From a virus (taxonomy: Duplodnaviria > Caudoviricetes), in the IMG/VR virus record IMGVR_UViG_2585427591_000001, positions 22,653 to 86,652 of that record: a stretch of 64,000 nt of DNA; one strand, 5' to 3'. Position numbers and translations under genes: made by a program. Positions 54,246 through 64,000 of the stretch are shown one piece after another (position 1 is the stretch's first letter; the number at the start of each line of letters is the position of its first letter). Below the pieces are notes generated by a model. That model was not told the origin of the DNA and did no database searches. It saw only the letters and a list, made by a program, of their open reading frames with translations.

Positions 54246-55937
54246 TTAGTTTTCCTCAGAAAGGACAGAATTGATGCTTTGCTCGATGAGTGCAGCGCGG
54301 CGTGCCGGCGGCATTCTCATGAGCGATTCGAATAGCGCCTCATCTTCTTCTTGGGTCGGCCCGTTAAGCTCTTTAATCAGGCGGTCAGTGACTTCATTGC
54401 CGAATTTCAGAAGGTCATCGCAAAGCAGGCGCATGAAAGTGGGGGAATTAGATAGCTTCTCGCTGTTCTGAATTGCATCGAGTATTGAAACGACGACGGA
54501 AGCGTAATTTGAGCGCGATTCCTGTTCTGCCATCTCTTCTTCCTGGATGGCTGTATTCAGCGAATTAAAGGTAATTGTGTAAGGCCGGTCCTCCGGCAAA
54601 TAGACTTTGCCGGACTTGTACGCCAGGTGGATATCTATCGCGCGGTGCGTGAAGGTGTACACCGCATTGCGGATCCACTGCGCACGCATTGCAGCTTGGA
54701 TAGACGTTCGGAAAAAGCCACCTTCCCCCAGGCCGCCGCTCATGATGTCAGCCCAGCCCAGTAATGTGACGTCCATCCCCACGCTGCCGGCCAGTTGGCG
54801 CAGATAAAACATTATGTCTTCAATGTTGCTGATATCTGCCGTCGTAGACTGCGTATCAATCGACATGGTGCCCTTACCGTCGCCCATGACCGGTATTACG
54901 TTGTTCACCACGGTTGGGATATAGCCGCCGTTTTGGGCACGTCTCGCCATTCTGTCTGCGCTGCGTTTGAAAGAGGCCGTGATGGTATTGATGTACGCCG
55001 CGGCATTAACGGGATCCAGCGTGCTTGTGTTTACGCCGATCAGACGGTCAATTTTGCTCGCGTTATTTCGGCTCGCTTTCAGAGATTTGAGGGCATTCAG
55101 TAGGCTTTGATAAGCGCCATAGCTGTGCTCCAGCATACTTGTGCCGTAGTTCTGTGTTTCAGATGGCAACCGTTCCATAGGGTCGTCCATGAGAGCGTAG
55201 GGAGTGAGGCCAATATTGATAGGCTCTTGCGACCGGTCCGGGGTCCAGAAGGGGATTTTCAGGGGGATAAGCGCCCAGGGTTCCGCGAGAAGATTTGCCT
55301 TTTCTGAGGCACCCCAAAAATACTCGTTCGTAAAGCCGGCCAAGTCGTTGCCGCGGACGTATTCGCGCACAAAATAGGGGTTGGTGTAGTAGCTGTTTTC
55401 AAACGAGACGATGCCGACATTTGTTTGAGCGTAAGGACGCACGTACGTTACGCCGTAAACGCACATTATCTTTGCCCATGCAGGCATTTCCCTGTTTAGG
55501 GTTTCGCCGAGCGCATTCATGAGCTCAGTTGCAACAGCCCGGTTCGCCGCGGTCTCTTTTTCCGTCTTGCCTTCTTTACCCTGAATGACAAACGATCGGT
55601 TCGTTTTCTTATCGGTAGAAAGCGCGTGCGTTAAATGGATGTCCAGCGCGTCATTGAGAATGGAAAACCGGGACATCTCTTCGAGAAACGTATATTTAGC
55701 GAAGCGCTCCAGGGGCAGTTTCGCTTCTTCGAGCATATCCCCGCCTGAGCACGTCATGTTTGCAGCTTCATCTTTCCCCATGGCAGCCGCGTACCAGCGC
55801 GAGGAGGAGACAGAAACGACAGTGTTGGTACCGCCCGTTATATAACCCGCGCCGTACTCGTTTGCATCCGAACTCTTCCCCCCTTTAAAGAGTTTGTAGA
55901 GCGCGCTGATGGCCCCCTTTTTTTCATCGCTCATCAC
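54246..55937 (-). CDS. prt: Portal protein
   Basis: 563 aa; ETQNYGTSMLE, GGLGEGGFFRT.IQAAMRA; coupled to pro. Confidence 0.85.
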   Translation of the reverse strand: MMSDEKKGAISALYKLFKGGKSSDANEYGAGYITGGTNTVVSVSSSRWYAAAMGKDEAANMTCSGGDMLEEAKLPLERFAKYTFLEEMSRFSILNDALDIHLTHALSTDKKTNRSFVIQGKEGKTEKETAANRAVATELMNALGETLNREMPAWAKIMCVYGVTYVRPYAQTNVGIVSFENSYYTNPYFVREYVRGNDLAGFTNEYFWGASEKANLLAEPWALIPLKIPFWTPDRSQEPINIGLTPYALMDDPMERLPSETQNYGTSMLEHSYGAYQSLLNALKSLKASRNNASKIDRLIGVNTSTLDPVNAAAYINTITASFKRSADRMARRAQNGGYIPTVVNNVIPVMGDGKGTMSIDTQSTTADISNIEDIMFYLRQLAGSVGMDVTLLGWADIMSGGLGEGGFFRTSIQAAMRAQWIRNAVYTFTHRAIDIHLAYKSGKVYLPEDRPYTITFNSLNTAIQEEEMAEQESRSNYASVVVSILDAIQNSEKLSNSPTFMRLLCDDLLKFGNEVTDRLIKELNGPTQEEDEALFESLMRMPPARRAALIEQSINSVLSEEN

Positions 55938-55965
55938 GGTTCCTTTTTGTCAGTCTGGCTCCCGG

Positions 55966-55984
55966 ACAGTAGCAATTGTGAACC
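55966..55984 (-). promoter_or_regulatory. Late promoter (prt-pro)
   Basis: Minus-strand GGTTCAC-N6-TACTGT. Confidence 0.72.
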
Positions 55985-56006
55985 GCAGGACGGTACGGGG
56001 GCTGAT

Positions 56007-59000
56007 GTGATAGATGAGAGAACGCTGCAACGCGCAGCAAACAGCGTTAACAACGCAGAGACTATTGATGAGCTCTGCCGGGTCATTGCGGGGTTAGTGA
56101 CGGCGCGGACATACACCAATTACGGCGTCACTAAAAAAGCCGGCGTTTCCATCGAAAGGGAACGTAAAGAAGCGAACCATCGGGCGATCACATTGCTCGA
56201 CAGTCTGCCCGATGATGCAGTGCTGACGAATGAACAACGCGCGATCCTTGCGTCCTATACCGGCGAGGGCGGGATCGGTGCAAACGAGCACGAATACTAC
56301 ACGCCGCAGCCAGTCGCAGAGGGGATGTGGGGGCTGATGCAGGTATACGGCTCGACGGTAGGTAACTGGCTGGAGCCTGCCGCGGGTACCGGCGTTTTTA
56401 ACGAATCGAAGCCAGCGGGCTCGATTATGACCGCCGCGGAGATCAGCCCGGTTTCCAGCCGCATTAACCGTCTTTTGCACCCTGAAGATAAAGTTGTGAC
56501 CACGCCGTTTGAGCGTGTGGCCGCATCGACGGAAGATGAGATTTACGACGGCTGTGTTGGGAACGTGCCATTCGGTAACAGCCGTGGTGAATTTGCCAAC
56601 CTTGATCCCGCATATGCCAAAGAAAAGAACATCGGCCGGTACTTTATCCTCCGCTTGCTGGACAAGTTAAAGCCTGGCGCCATGGCCTGCATCATAGTCC
56701 CCTACGGCATGACCAGCGGCAGCACGCATAAAAAACTACGTGAGCAGGTTTCCCGTAAGGCTGAATTTCTGGGCGCGCACCGGCTACCGTCTGGCACGTT
56801 TGACGAAAACGGGACATCAACGGCCACGGATGTCTGGGTGCTGCGTAAACACCCGGAAGGGCTGGCGCAACGGATCCTTGATGAGAAAAAAACCCTTCTG
56901 GCCGCGGCTAACGTGCTGTGGGATACCTTCATTCTTGGCAAATGGTTTGAGCTCGACGGGAAGCGTTTCGTTCACGGTGAGGTGCTGGAAGGGTACCGGA
57001 TGACCGTGCGTAACGACACGATCACAAGCGGCCAGATCAAAGAGAAGTTGCTGCATAAATTCGACAGCCGCATCGATTGGGAAATGCTCAACACGCTTGA
57101 GCCTGAACAGCAGTTGCCGGTAGAAGGTGATCGCCGCCTGATAAATGACGTCTGGTACAAATTCAGCGACGGGTTCTGGGAAATTGATAAAACGCCCGCT
57201 AAGCAGGATCTGGACGCGGCGCGTTATGGGGCTGGCAGTTATTTCGAGTTAATGGCTGTTTTTGATGAATCGAATCCTGCCGCGCTCAACGCGCTGACCT
57301 GGGACCAGATCCAGGCAGTGCGGATGTCATTCCCGGAAATCATACCGGAAACGCAGAAGCGGGCACTGAGTTTTGCCAGTGTTCAGCCGCAGGGACTGCG
57401 CGAACGGGTTTTCCGCGGTTCCATGATCGGTGGCCGTATTGGTGTGCTGCAGGACTGGATGGCGGGCAACTATCCGCCGGAGCAAATCGACGAGTTACGC
57501 CAGGATATTGCCCGGATGGTGGCCGCGCAATATGACAAGTACGGGCATCCCGGTAAAGGGAAGGCCGATAAGGTCCGCGGCGATGGGGTGGCGGACTGGC
57601 TCAAATTCAAAGCGGCGATTGATGCCGACGGCAAACTCTCAGCACTACTGAACGGGACGCTCGATGTCGCGCCTGCGCTGGCATACAACAGTGCTGATCC
57701 GGTCCAGGTTATCAATCATCTGTTTAGCCAGATCGACATCATCCCGATTTCAATTGAGGAATTTCGCGAGCATTACACCGGAGAAGCGCCGGAAGATGAC
57801 AACGAATTGCTGGCAATCCTCGCTCAGAATGCGTCGCTGGCCATCACCCCGGCTGGCGACATTATGCCAATGGATCGGGCGACTAGTGGCGATATCAGCG
57901 CGGCAAACAGTGCCCTGATGGGCGCGCTGGGCGTCGAGACAAACGAAGCGTTGAAACAAAACTACCTGCGCCAGCTGGAGGAGTTAAAGCGCAAGCGCAA
58001 GTGGACTGATGTTGACGATATTGATTTTTCGCTCAATGCCCGCTGGTTTGACCGGTCATTGATACTCGAGTACCTACGCGAGCAAGGCTACGACGAGCTG
58101 CAGTATGTGAAGGACATTAACGTTGAGGACGGTACCCTGGTTTCCGAACAGGGATACCGGGGCAGTGATGGTCTTTTTGCCGGGTACCGGTACGGCACGG
58201 TCAGGAGCAAAGACAAGGAGACGGGCAAAAATAAGTTGGTTTATAAGCGTGTCACCAAAAAAGATCCGTTCCTGCCGCAACTTGAAAACTTTCTTAACGG
58301 CAATAAACCTACCGGTATTTTTGCGGCGCAATACTCCGCGCGCCTGCGCGAGATGGAAAAGGAATTCAATGACTGGATACGCCAGCACGATGAAATCCAG
58401 GACCTGGTGCAGCAGTACAACGACGCCTTTAACGCCTACATCCCGTACGAGCAGTCAGACGCCACGCTCGAATTAAAAGAGATTTCCGGCAAAACGATCC
58501 CGTTCGGTTATCAAAATAGTGAAGTGCGGCGCTTGTCTGAAGACGGAAAGGGGATCATGGGTTTTGGTACCGGCCTCGGCAAGACCACCACCGCGCTGGC
58601 GCTGGAAGCGTTCAACTTTGAGAACGGCCGGAGTAAGCGCACTGCGATTGTGGTACCGAAGGCTGTATATCAAAACTGGTATTACGAAGCCGTTGATTTT
58701 TACAGTGAGACAGCGCTTTCTCAGATGCTTTTTGTGGGTCTCGATGTCCTGCGTGATGATGAGGAGAATATCCGGCAGGTTCCTGTGCTTGATGACAACG
58801 GTAAGCCGAAACTCAATAAGCATACTGGGGAACCGATGTACCGTAACGCCGTTGCACTAAGCAGCAGCGAGACGATTAAAACACGCATGAATCAGATCCC
58901 TCAAAGCAATTACCGCACCGTCATTATGACCAAGGAGCAGTACGCGCGTATTCCAATGCGTGAGGAAACGATACGTGATCATGCCTACGACGTGCTGTAT

Positions 59001-62000
59001 AGCCAGGCGGAAGCCGGGCGCGTGAATCTGGACGGCACAAAGCACCGCGATGCGAACAGAATATCGAGAGTTTTGGCTGAAGCTTCGGATACCGGTACCG
59101 AAAAAGTGGAAGAGTACCCGTATTTTGAGGATATGGGCTTTGATAACGTCATTGCCGATGAAGGCCACAATTACCGCAACAGCGCCAGCGCCGGGCGTGA
59201 GGCCACGGCGCTGGCTTACCTGCCGGTCGGTTCTGTGGCGCAATCCGCACGTGACATGGCTGTTAAAAATGCCTATCTGATGTCCAAAAACAACGGCCGT
59301 GGTTGCGTGTTGCTGACCGCCACCCCGCTGGTTAACTCCCCGATCGACGCGTTCAACATGCTTTCGCACGTTGTCGACATGAAAGAATGGCAGCGCATGG
59401 GGATCTTCACGCCTGATGATTTCGTGAAAGTCTTCGGCGAAATTGCGCCGGTGATGGTGCAGAAATTGTCTGGCGCTGTAGAAGAAAAAAACGGGCTGGT
59501 TGGGTTTAAAAACCTCGATGGCCTGCGCGGTATTTTCCATCGCTGGACGACGATGAAAACGGCCGCTGACGTATCGAATGACGTCAAAATACCGGAGCTC
59601 GATGAGAAAACCGTCGAAGTGCCACTCAGCGCTGAACAGGCCATGTATTACGAAGAGCTGCGCATGCGTGCCGAGGCGCTATCAGCCAAAAATGACCCGA
59701 TTGCTTCAGCTGCGGCGGCGCTGGTAGAAATTCGCGACGGCAAAGGCGAGCTTGTTGATCCAGACACTGACTCCGTGTTCTCAATTATCCGCGACATGGA
59801 CCGCATTTGTACCGATCTGGACCTGTATCGGCGTCAGATGACATTCCGCTTCCCGGCAGGACGTGAAGACGCTATCCGTAAACTGGTGGCCGAACTGCCT
59901 GAAGAACTTCAATACGCAGATGATGAAGAGGGGGACGCCGGCGAAGAAATTAAGGTCCCGGTTGAGGCTACTATCACCGTGACGGGCGACGTCTGCCAGC
60001 TGGTCGTGCCAGAAACGTACGAACAGGAGGTGCTGAAACGGCTTTCACAATTCGAAATCGATGCAAAAGAGCTCTCTCATCCGGTACCGCCAAAATACGC
60101 CGCACTGATTGAAAATCTGAAAGTCGGGCTGGTTAACGGTAAGCAGATCATCTTCTCAGATGAGAAAAGCCAGCACGGCAAGTTGCGCCGCATTATCGCG
60201 CAGGAGCTGGGGATCGAAGAAAGTGAGATCGCGATACTCAACGCGACTACCGTGGCCGAGGCTGGCAAGAAAGGCAAAAAACCGAAACGTGTTAAAGCCC
60301 CTAAACCGCTGCCAGACGAACCGACCGATGCGCAGCTTGAGGCGTATCAACGCCAGGTGGCGCTTTATGATGATTACATTGCCTCACAAAACGAGATGTC
60401 GCTGGGCGGCCTGGAGTCTATTTCAGCTGACTACAACGAAGGCCGTTGCCGTGTAATTCTCTGCAATAAAAAAGCCGAGGTGGGTATTAACCTGCATCAC
60501 GGCACGACGGATATCCATCACCTCACACTGCCATGGACACCCGCTAGTATTAACCAGCGCAACGGGCGCGGCGCGCGCGTGGGCTCAAGTCAGGACCGCG
60601 TAAACGTGCATTACTACTGCGGCAAAGGTTCGTTTGATGATTTCCGCCTGGCGACATTGAAGCGTAAAAAAGACTGGATCCATGATCTGCTGACGTCCGA
60701 TCAGTCACGCATGGCTAACGCCGACGCAAACGACGCGGTAGAAATGCAACTCATGCTGGCGCGTGACCCGGAAGAGCGTGCCCGCCGTAATGCCAAGTTA
60801 ATGGAAGAGGCGAAAGCCGCCGCTCAGGTAGCTGCAACACGCCGCGCCAAGATTGACCTGCAAAACTTCATCAAGGCACAACATGCGGCCGCCGGGGATA
60901 TGAGCCTGGAGCAATCGAAGCTGGAGACGTTGCAAGTCCATATGACTACCTTCCAGGATAACCTTGACGCGCAGAAAGCAAAGGTAACGGCCTTTGATGA
61001 GGAGATTGCAGCCCTGATTGCAAATCCTGACCGCGACAGATGGGATGTGATAACCAAAGAAAGTCAGTTAAAAGCGGTGCAGGACCAGGTGGCTTACTAC
61101 ACCAAAGAATTAGGAGATTTGAACGTTCAGTTTGGCAAACAGGAGCGCAAACTAAAGCGGCTGGCGCGTGCTGAAAGTGAAGTAAAACGCCTGCGGCCGA
61201 CGATTAAAAACGCCATTGATAATGGTGTACTCGATGTCGATCAGGGGGTGCTGGAACATGGCAATAATTACCTGATTACGAAAGATGGCCGCTCGCTGAC
61301 CGTGGGTGACACATTCCGCTTTGACTTGATAAATTTACAAGCCTCCCGAAACGCGCTGGCGCGTATAAATTCGTTTGATTTTGACGCCCGCTCCGCGGCT
61401 ATGGAGTCCATTTATTCCGCTAAGGAAGCTGCTGGGGAATACAGAAAAGCAAACGTGCCAATCGATCTTCTGCCAGCACCGGAAACGGTCACTGAAAACG
61501 AAGTTGATTTACGCAAATGGATGCAGGGGGGCGTCTCCATCATCAACGTGGCCAGCCGGTTAACGGAAAGCGAGTTCCGCGGCTATCTGAAAGACGGGGT
61601 ATTGCGTTTAAAGGAGAATAATTGTCTGAAGTTAAATAGCGCTGGCCAGTATGAGGTCGAAATGATTGCTGGTCTTTGGTCCCGGCATTCTGACACGATC
61701 ATGTACCCAGACTCATCAAACGACGTGCTTAAAACACGAGTAGCCAACTGGGCGCGTTCAAAAGAGTACGAAGCCAAATTTGCGGCCAGTGAATTTATGA
61801 CAGCGCTGTTTGGTGATAATTATATGAGCCGCATAGCCGAATACGGCGAAAAGGGCAGCGAGACGGATATCGCCGCGTTCGTTGCAGCATTTACTGCCTC
61901 ATACATGGAAACTGTAACAGGTAAAAGACTGGCCGGTCAGGGCGCGCTACAGCCGATAGATTACGTTTTCAGGAGTAAATTACCGAATCCAGATGTTGAC

Positions 62001-62849
62001 GGTTTTGTGATAGCCGGCGTGAAAACTATCCCGGTGAATTACAGCAACGCCCCAGATTTTAAACGCGCACTGGAGCAGCAATCCGATCAGATCGCCGCCC
62101 AGGCGGAGAACAATTGCAAACAGGGCGCGCGGGAATTAGCCCAGGCGTTGTTTGTGGAGTTCAAAGCCATTCTGGAAGGTGGGATCAAAGATTCCGTGGG
62201 GCGTATGAACCATGTACTCGGTCGCGGCCTGCTTTCAGAGGTTTACGCCAGCCGTAAAGTCTCTCAAGGGGAGTTATCCGCTGCGTCAGTATTCATGCAC
62301 AACGTTTTTTACGCAGATGCCGTTAACATCGGTTTTATAAAACCGGATAGCGTGACCGTTGAGTTGTTGGGTAATTATGCGGAACATCAGGACTTTACTG
62401 ACGCGCTTGATGATAAGATTCAGGAAATGCAGGGCAAGGGAGAGGCCGAACCATTGATGATTGCAGCCCGAGAACGTGCGGGCCTGGTATCAGATGAACA
62501 GGTGACGGCGTCAAAAGCGGCTATCGCCGGCGTGGCAATTGAGCGCGAGACCGTGGAAGAAGTACGCGTTGAATCTGAAATCATTATTAAGCGCAATACC
62601 ACCGCGATTCTTGCTAAATTCCGCGGGCGTACGATGTTCAAATACGGGCCTGATGAGTGCTATGGATTCCAGGATCCAAAAGGCAAGTCCGGGCGGTTGT
62701 TTAGCACGAAGGACACGCTTAAATCGCGGTTTGGTGCGAAGTATTATAATGGTGACTCGTCTGATGATGAGTTCCCAGGCAGCTGGTGGGTGATATCGAC
62801 TCGCTATAGTCTCAGTGATGTAATGGCAGTCATTAACGGGCGGGATTAA
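56007..62849 (+). CDS. darB: DarB antirestriction protein (N6-MTase plus SF2 helicase)
   Basis: LEPAAGTG, VGNVPFG, GTGLGKTTT, DEGH, TATP, QRNGRGAR; likely GTG start at 56007. Confidence 0.92.
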   Translation: MIDERTLQRAANSVNNAETIDELCRVIAGLVTARTYTNYGVTKKAGVSIERERKEANHRAITLLDSLPDDAVLTNEQRAILASYTGEGGIGANEHEYYTPQPVAEGMWGLMQVYGSTVGNWLEPAAGTGVFNESKPAGSIMTAAEISPVSSRINRLLHPEDKVVTTPFERVAASTEDEIYDGCVGNVPFGNSRGEFANLDPAYAKEKNIGRYFILRLLDKLKPGAMACIIVPYGMTSGSTHKKLREQVSRKAEFLGAHRLPSGTFDENGTSTATDVWVLRKHPEGLAQRILDEKKTLLAAANVLWDTFILGKWFELDGKRFVHGEVLEGYRMTVRNDTITSGQIKEKLLHKFDSRIDWEMLNTLEPEQQLPVEGDRRLINDVWYKFSDGFWEIDKTPAKQDLDAARYGAGSYFELMAVFDESNPAALNALTWDQIQAVRMSFPEIIPETQKRALSFASVQPQGLRERVFRGSMIGGRIGVLQDWMAGNYPPEQIDELRQDIARMVAAQYDKYGHPGKGKADKVRGDGVADWLKFKAAIDADGKLSALLNGTLDVAPALAYNSADPVQVINHLFSQIDIIPISIEEFREHYTGEAPEDDNELLAILAQNASLAITPAGDIMPMDRATSGDISAANSALMGALGVETNEALKQNYLRQLEELKRKRKWTDVDDIDFSLNARWFDRSLILEYLREQGYDELQYVKDINVEDGTLVSEQGYRGSDGLFAGYRYGTVRSKDKETGKNKLVYKRVTKKDPFLPQLENFLNGNKPTGIFAAQYSARLREMEKEFNDWIRQHDEIQDLVQQYNDAFNAYIPYEQSDATLELKEISGKTIPFGYQNSEVRRLSEDGKGIMGFGTGLGKTTTALALEAFNFENGRSKRTAIVVPKAVYQNWYYEAVDFYSETALSQMLFVGLDVLRDDEENIRQVPVLDDNGKPKLNKHTGEPMYRNAVALSSSETIKTRMNQIPQSNYRTVIMTKEQYARIPMREETIRDHAYDVLYSQAEAGRVNLDGTKHRDANRISRVLAEASDTGTEKVEEYPYFEDMGFDNVIADEGHNYRNSASAGREATALAYLPVGSVAQSARDMAVKNAYLMSKNNGRGCVLLTATPLVNSPIDAFNMLSHVVDMKEWQRMGIFTPDDFVKVFGEIAPVMVQKLSGAVEEKNGLVGFKNLDGLRGIFHRWTTMKTAADVSNDVKIPELDEKTVEVPLSAEQAMYYEELRMRAEALSAKNDPIASAAAALVEIRDGKGELVDPDTDSVFSIIRDMDRICTDLDLYRRQMTFRFPAGREDAIRKLVAELPEELQYADDEEGDAGEEIKVPVEATITVTGDVCQLVVPETYEQEVLKRLSQFEIDAKELSHPVPPKYAALIENLKVGLVNGKQIIFSDEKSQHGKLRRIIAQELGIEESEIAILNATTVAEAGKKGKKPKRVKAPKPLPDEPTDAQLEAYQRQVALYDDYIASQNEMSLGGLESISADYNEGRCRVILCNKKAEVGINLHHGTTDIHHLTLPWTPASINQRNGRGARVGSSQDRVNVHYYCGKGSFDDFRLATLKRKKDWIHDLLTSDQSRMANADANDAVEMQLMLARDPEERARRNAKLMEEAKAAAQVAATRRAKIDLQNFIKAQHAAAGDMSLEQSKLETLQVHMTTFQDNLDAQKAKVTAFDEEIAALIANPDRDRWDVITKESQLKAVQDQVAYYTKELGDLNVQFGKQERKLKRLARAESEVKRLRPTIKNAIDNGVLDVDQGVLEHGNNYLITKDGRSLTVGDTFRFDLINLQASRNALARINSFDFDARSAAMESIYSAKEAAGEYRKANVPIDLLPAPETVTENEVDLRKWMQGGVSIINVASRLTESEFRGYLKDGVLRLKENNCLKLNSAGQYEVEMIAGLWSRHSDTIMYPDSSNDVLKTRVANWARSKEYEAKFAASEFMTALFGDNYMSRIAEYGEKGSETDIAAFVAAFTASYMETVTGKRLAGQGALQPIDYVFRSKLPNPDVDGFVIAGVKTIPVNYSNAPDFKRALEQQSDQIAAQAENNCKQGARELAQALFVEFKAILEGGIKDSVGRMNHVLGRGLLSEVYASRKVSQGELSAASVFMHNVFYADAVNIGFIKPDSVTVELLGNYAEHQDFTDALDDKIQEMQGKGEAEPLMIAARERAGLVSDEQVTASKAAIAGVAIERETVEEVRVESEIIIKRNTTAILAKFRGRTMFKYGPDECYGFQDPKGKSGRLFSTKDTLKSRFGAKYYNGDSSDDEFPGSWWVISTRYSLSDVMAVINGRD

Positions 62850-62851
62850 TC

Positions 62852-63277
62852 ATGGCGACACTCAGCGATACAATAAAATTCAGTGAAGAATTCCTGTCCA
62901 CGTATACGGCAGAAGCGTTAGACGGTCGTAGCGATGAGGATTTTGTGAACGAGTTTCTGAGCGGGACGAACAAGATCCTTTCTGCAAATCCGCGCATCTA
63001 CCGCTCATACGGTCCTTTCTGGCCGGCAGTAAAACAACTGTTGGTAGAGCACGGCCACACAGGGTTCGGGCGTGAAATAGAAACGTCCGTGGCCGCACTG
63101 TACAGCTATGAGCGCGCCGTGCTGACACTGATTGCCGCGACGCTTTACAGCCAGACAAGGCTTGAGGGTGGTAATATTTACGCCGCGGAGCACGTCCTTC
63201 CCACGCGAGAAGAGGCAGACGATGAGACGTACACCTTTTACAGCGGCGATGACGAGATAGAGAGACGTTTAACATGA
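62852..63277 (+). CDS. ulx: Ulx
   Basis: MATLSDTIK...YRSYGPFWPAVK.LL; follows darB. Confidence 0.8.
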   Translation: MATLSDTIKFSEEFLSTYTAEALDGRSDEDFVNEFLSGTNKILSANPRIYRSYGPFWPAVKQLLVEHGHTGFGREIETSVAALYSYERAVLTLIAATLYSQTRLEGGNIYAAEHVLPTREEADDETYTFYSGDDEIERRLT

Positions 63278-63552
63278 CATTGAAAGTGGGCTCGCGGGCA
63301 ATATACGCAACTATGCGCCACCTGCGTGAGCTGGCTTCTGAACATGGCTGCAATATCCGGTATTTGCAGAAGAAAAAGCGGTTTGAGCTGTTCCGCGTTG
63401 ATGACGAAGGCAACCAGGTAGGAGATGATTTATGGTTGCTTGAGACCGGTACCGGCGAGTCAATTGAACAAGTGAGGTCGATCTTGCTCAATGACTGGCG
63501 AACTGTGATCAGCAAGGGTGCGGAGTTTTTAAAGAAAGAAAGCCAGTCGTAA
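63274..63552 (+). CDS. lxc: Lxc (Bof) C1 co-repressor
   Basis: TMRHLRELASEHGCNIR and DWRTVI resemble P1 Lxc; order darB-ulx-lxc. Confidence 0.7.
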   Translation: MTLKVGSRAIYATMRHLRELASEHGCNIRYLQKKKRFELFRVDDEGNQVGDDLWLLETGTGESIEQVRSILLNDWRTVISKGAEFLKKESQS

Positions 63553-63739
63553 TCGAATAATGGTGGCGCGCGCGAGGAGCCCGGCGGTTCTCCGATAACC
63601 AGCCTTGTGTGCGCTACCACCCCAGCAGTAATCCCCCATCAACTCCATTCATCAAAATAATGTTTATTGCCTTAAAAATCACCGTGATGATTTAGCGAAA
63701 CGAGTAAGGGCTTTCAATTCGGAAATTTCTTTGTTTATA

Positions 63740-63755
63740 CTGTATGCATGAACAG
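63740..63755. promoter_or_regulatory. LexA (SOS) box
   Basis: taCTGTATGCATGAACAGt directly upstream of umuD. Confidence 0.85.
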
Positions 63756-63774
63756 TGTTTAACAGGCGCATACC

Positions 63775-64000
63775 ATGGAAATTTTATACCCAACTTCGCT
63801 ACCGGATAAACTGTATATCCCTCTTTTTCAAGATAAAGTACCCGGTGGGTTCCCGTCCCCTGCGCAGGACTACATAGAGCAAGCTATTGACTTAAATGAG
63901 CTTTGTGTTTCTCATCCCGCCGCCACATATTTCGTTCGCGCAACAGGAATGAGCATGATGGATGCCGGGATCTATGAGGGTTCGCTGTTAGTCGTTGATC
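63775..64000 (+). CDS. umuD: UmuD/HumD-like SOS mutagenesis protein (truncated by window end)
   Basis: [47 protein letters not shown]. Confidence 0.92.
   Translation, partial: MEILYPTSLPDKLYIPLFQDKVPGGFPSPAQDYIEQAIDLNELCVSHPAATYFVRATGMSMMDAGIYEGSLLVVD

Larger units (their letters stand above)
1..64000. mobile_element. P1-like phage-plasmid (partial; extends beyond both window ends)
   Basis: Co-occurrence of c1, cre, pacAB, lpa, gp23/gp22, the dar operon, darB, prt/pro, repL and an iteron repA replicon plus ParA. Confidence 0.97.

Noticed and set aside
55938-55956. GGTTCCT-N6-CAGTCT as a darB late promoter
   Set aside because: Two deviations from the consensus, and the sequence is explained as the portal RBS (AGGAACC) on the other strand. 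Left uncalled.
1-64000. tRNA/rRNA genes, IS elements, immI (c4-icd-ant), phd/doc, res/mod, ban, ssb
   Set aside because: None recognised in this window. They may lie in the unseen part of the replicon, so absence is not claimed.

Overview
This 64-kb window is a large part of a P1-like (Punavirus-related) temperate phage-plasmid, with a divergent sequence and a rearranged gene order. Its likely host is an enterobacterium, inferred from sigma70, Dam and LexA signals. From left to right it contains: an early accessory region of small phage genes; lpa, an inserted LysR regulator, pacA/pacB, c1, coi and cre; mat and the gp26-25-7-24-6-5 tail/baseplate genes; a DNA-methyltransferase cassette; PAAR/upfB, capsid gp23, sheath gp22, gp21, pmgG, bplB, pmgC, tub and pmgB; a moron; sit, pmgA, bplA, gp16, R, S and U, with no cin or invertible segment next to them; lydA, lydB, hdf, darA and ddrA; an iteron plasmid replicon (repA, oriR, incA-like); ddrB and hxr; a type Ib ParA/small-partner partition pair; a lambda-R-type endolysin; repL, pro, prt, darB, ulx, lxc; and the start of a LexA-controlled umuD homologue. 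Cis-acting elements read directly from the DNA include: a late-promoter motif (GGTTCAC-N6-TAnnnT) before seven late transcription units; a 15-bp putative C1 operator; four dispersed 11-bp-periodic arrays that may be centromeres; an antisense RNA over the repL leader; an attenuator-like mat leader; and a probable frameshift extension of pmgB. P1 gene names rest on remembered protein motifs and synteny, not on database searches.
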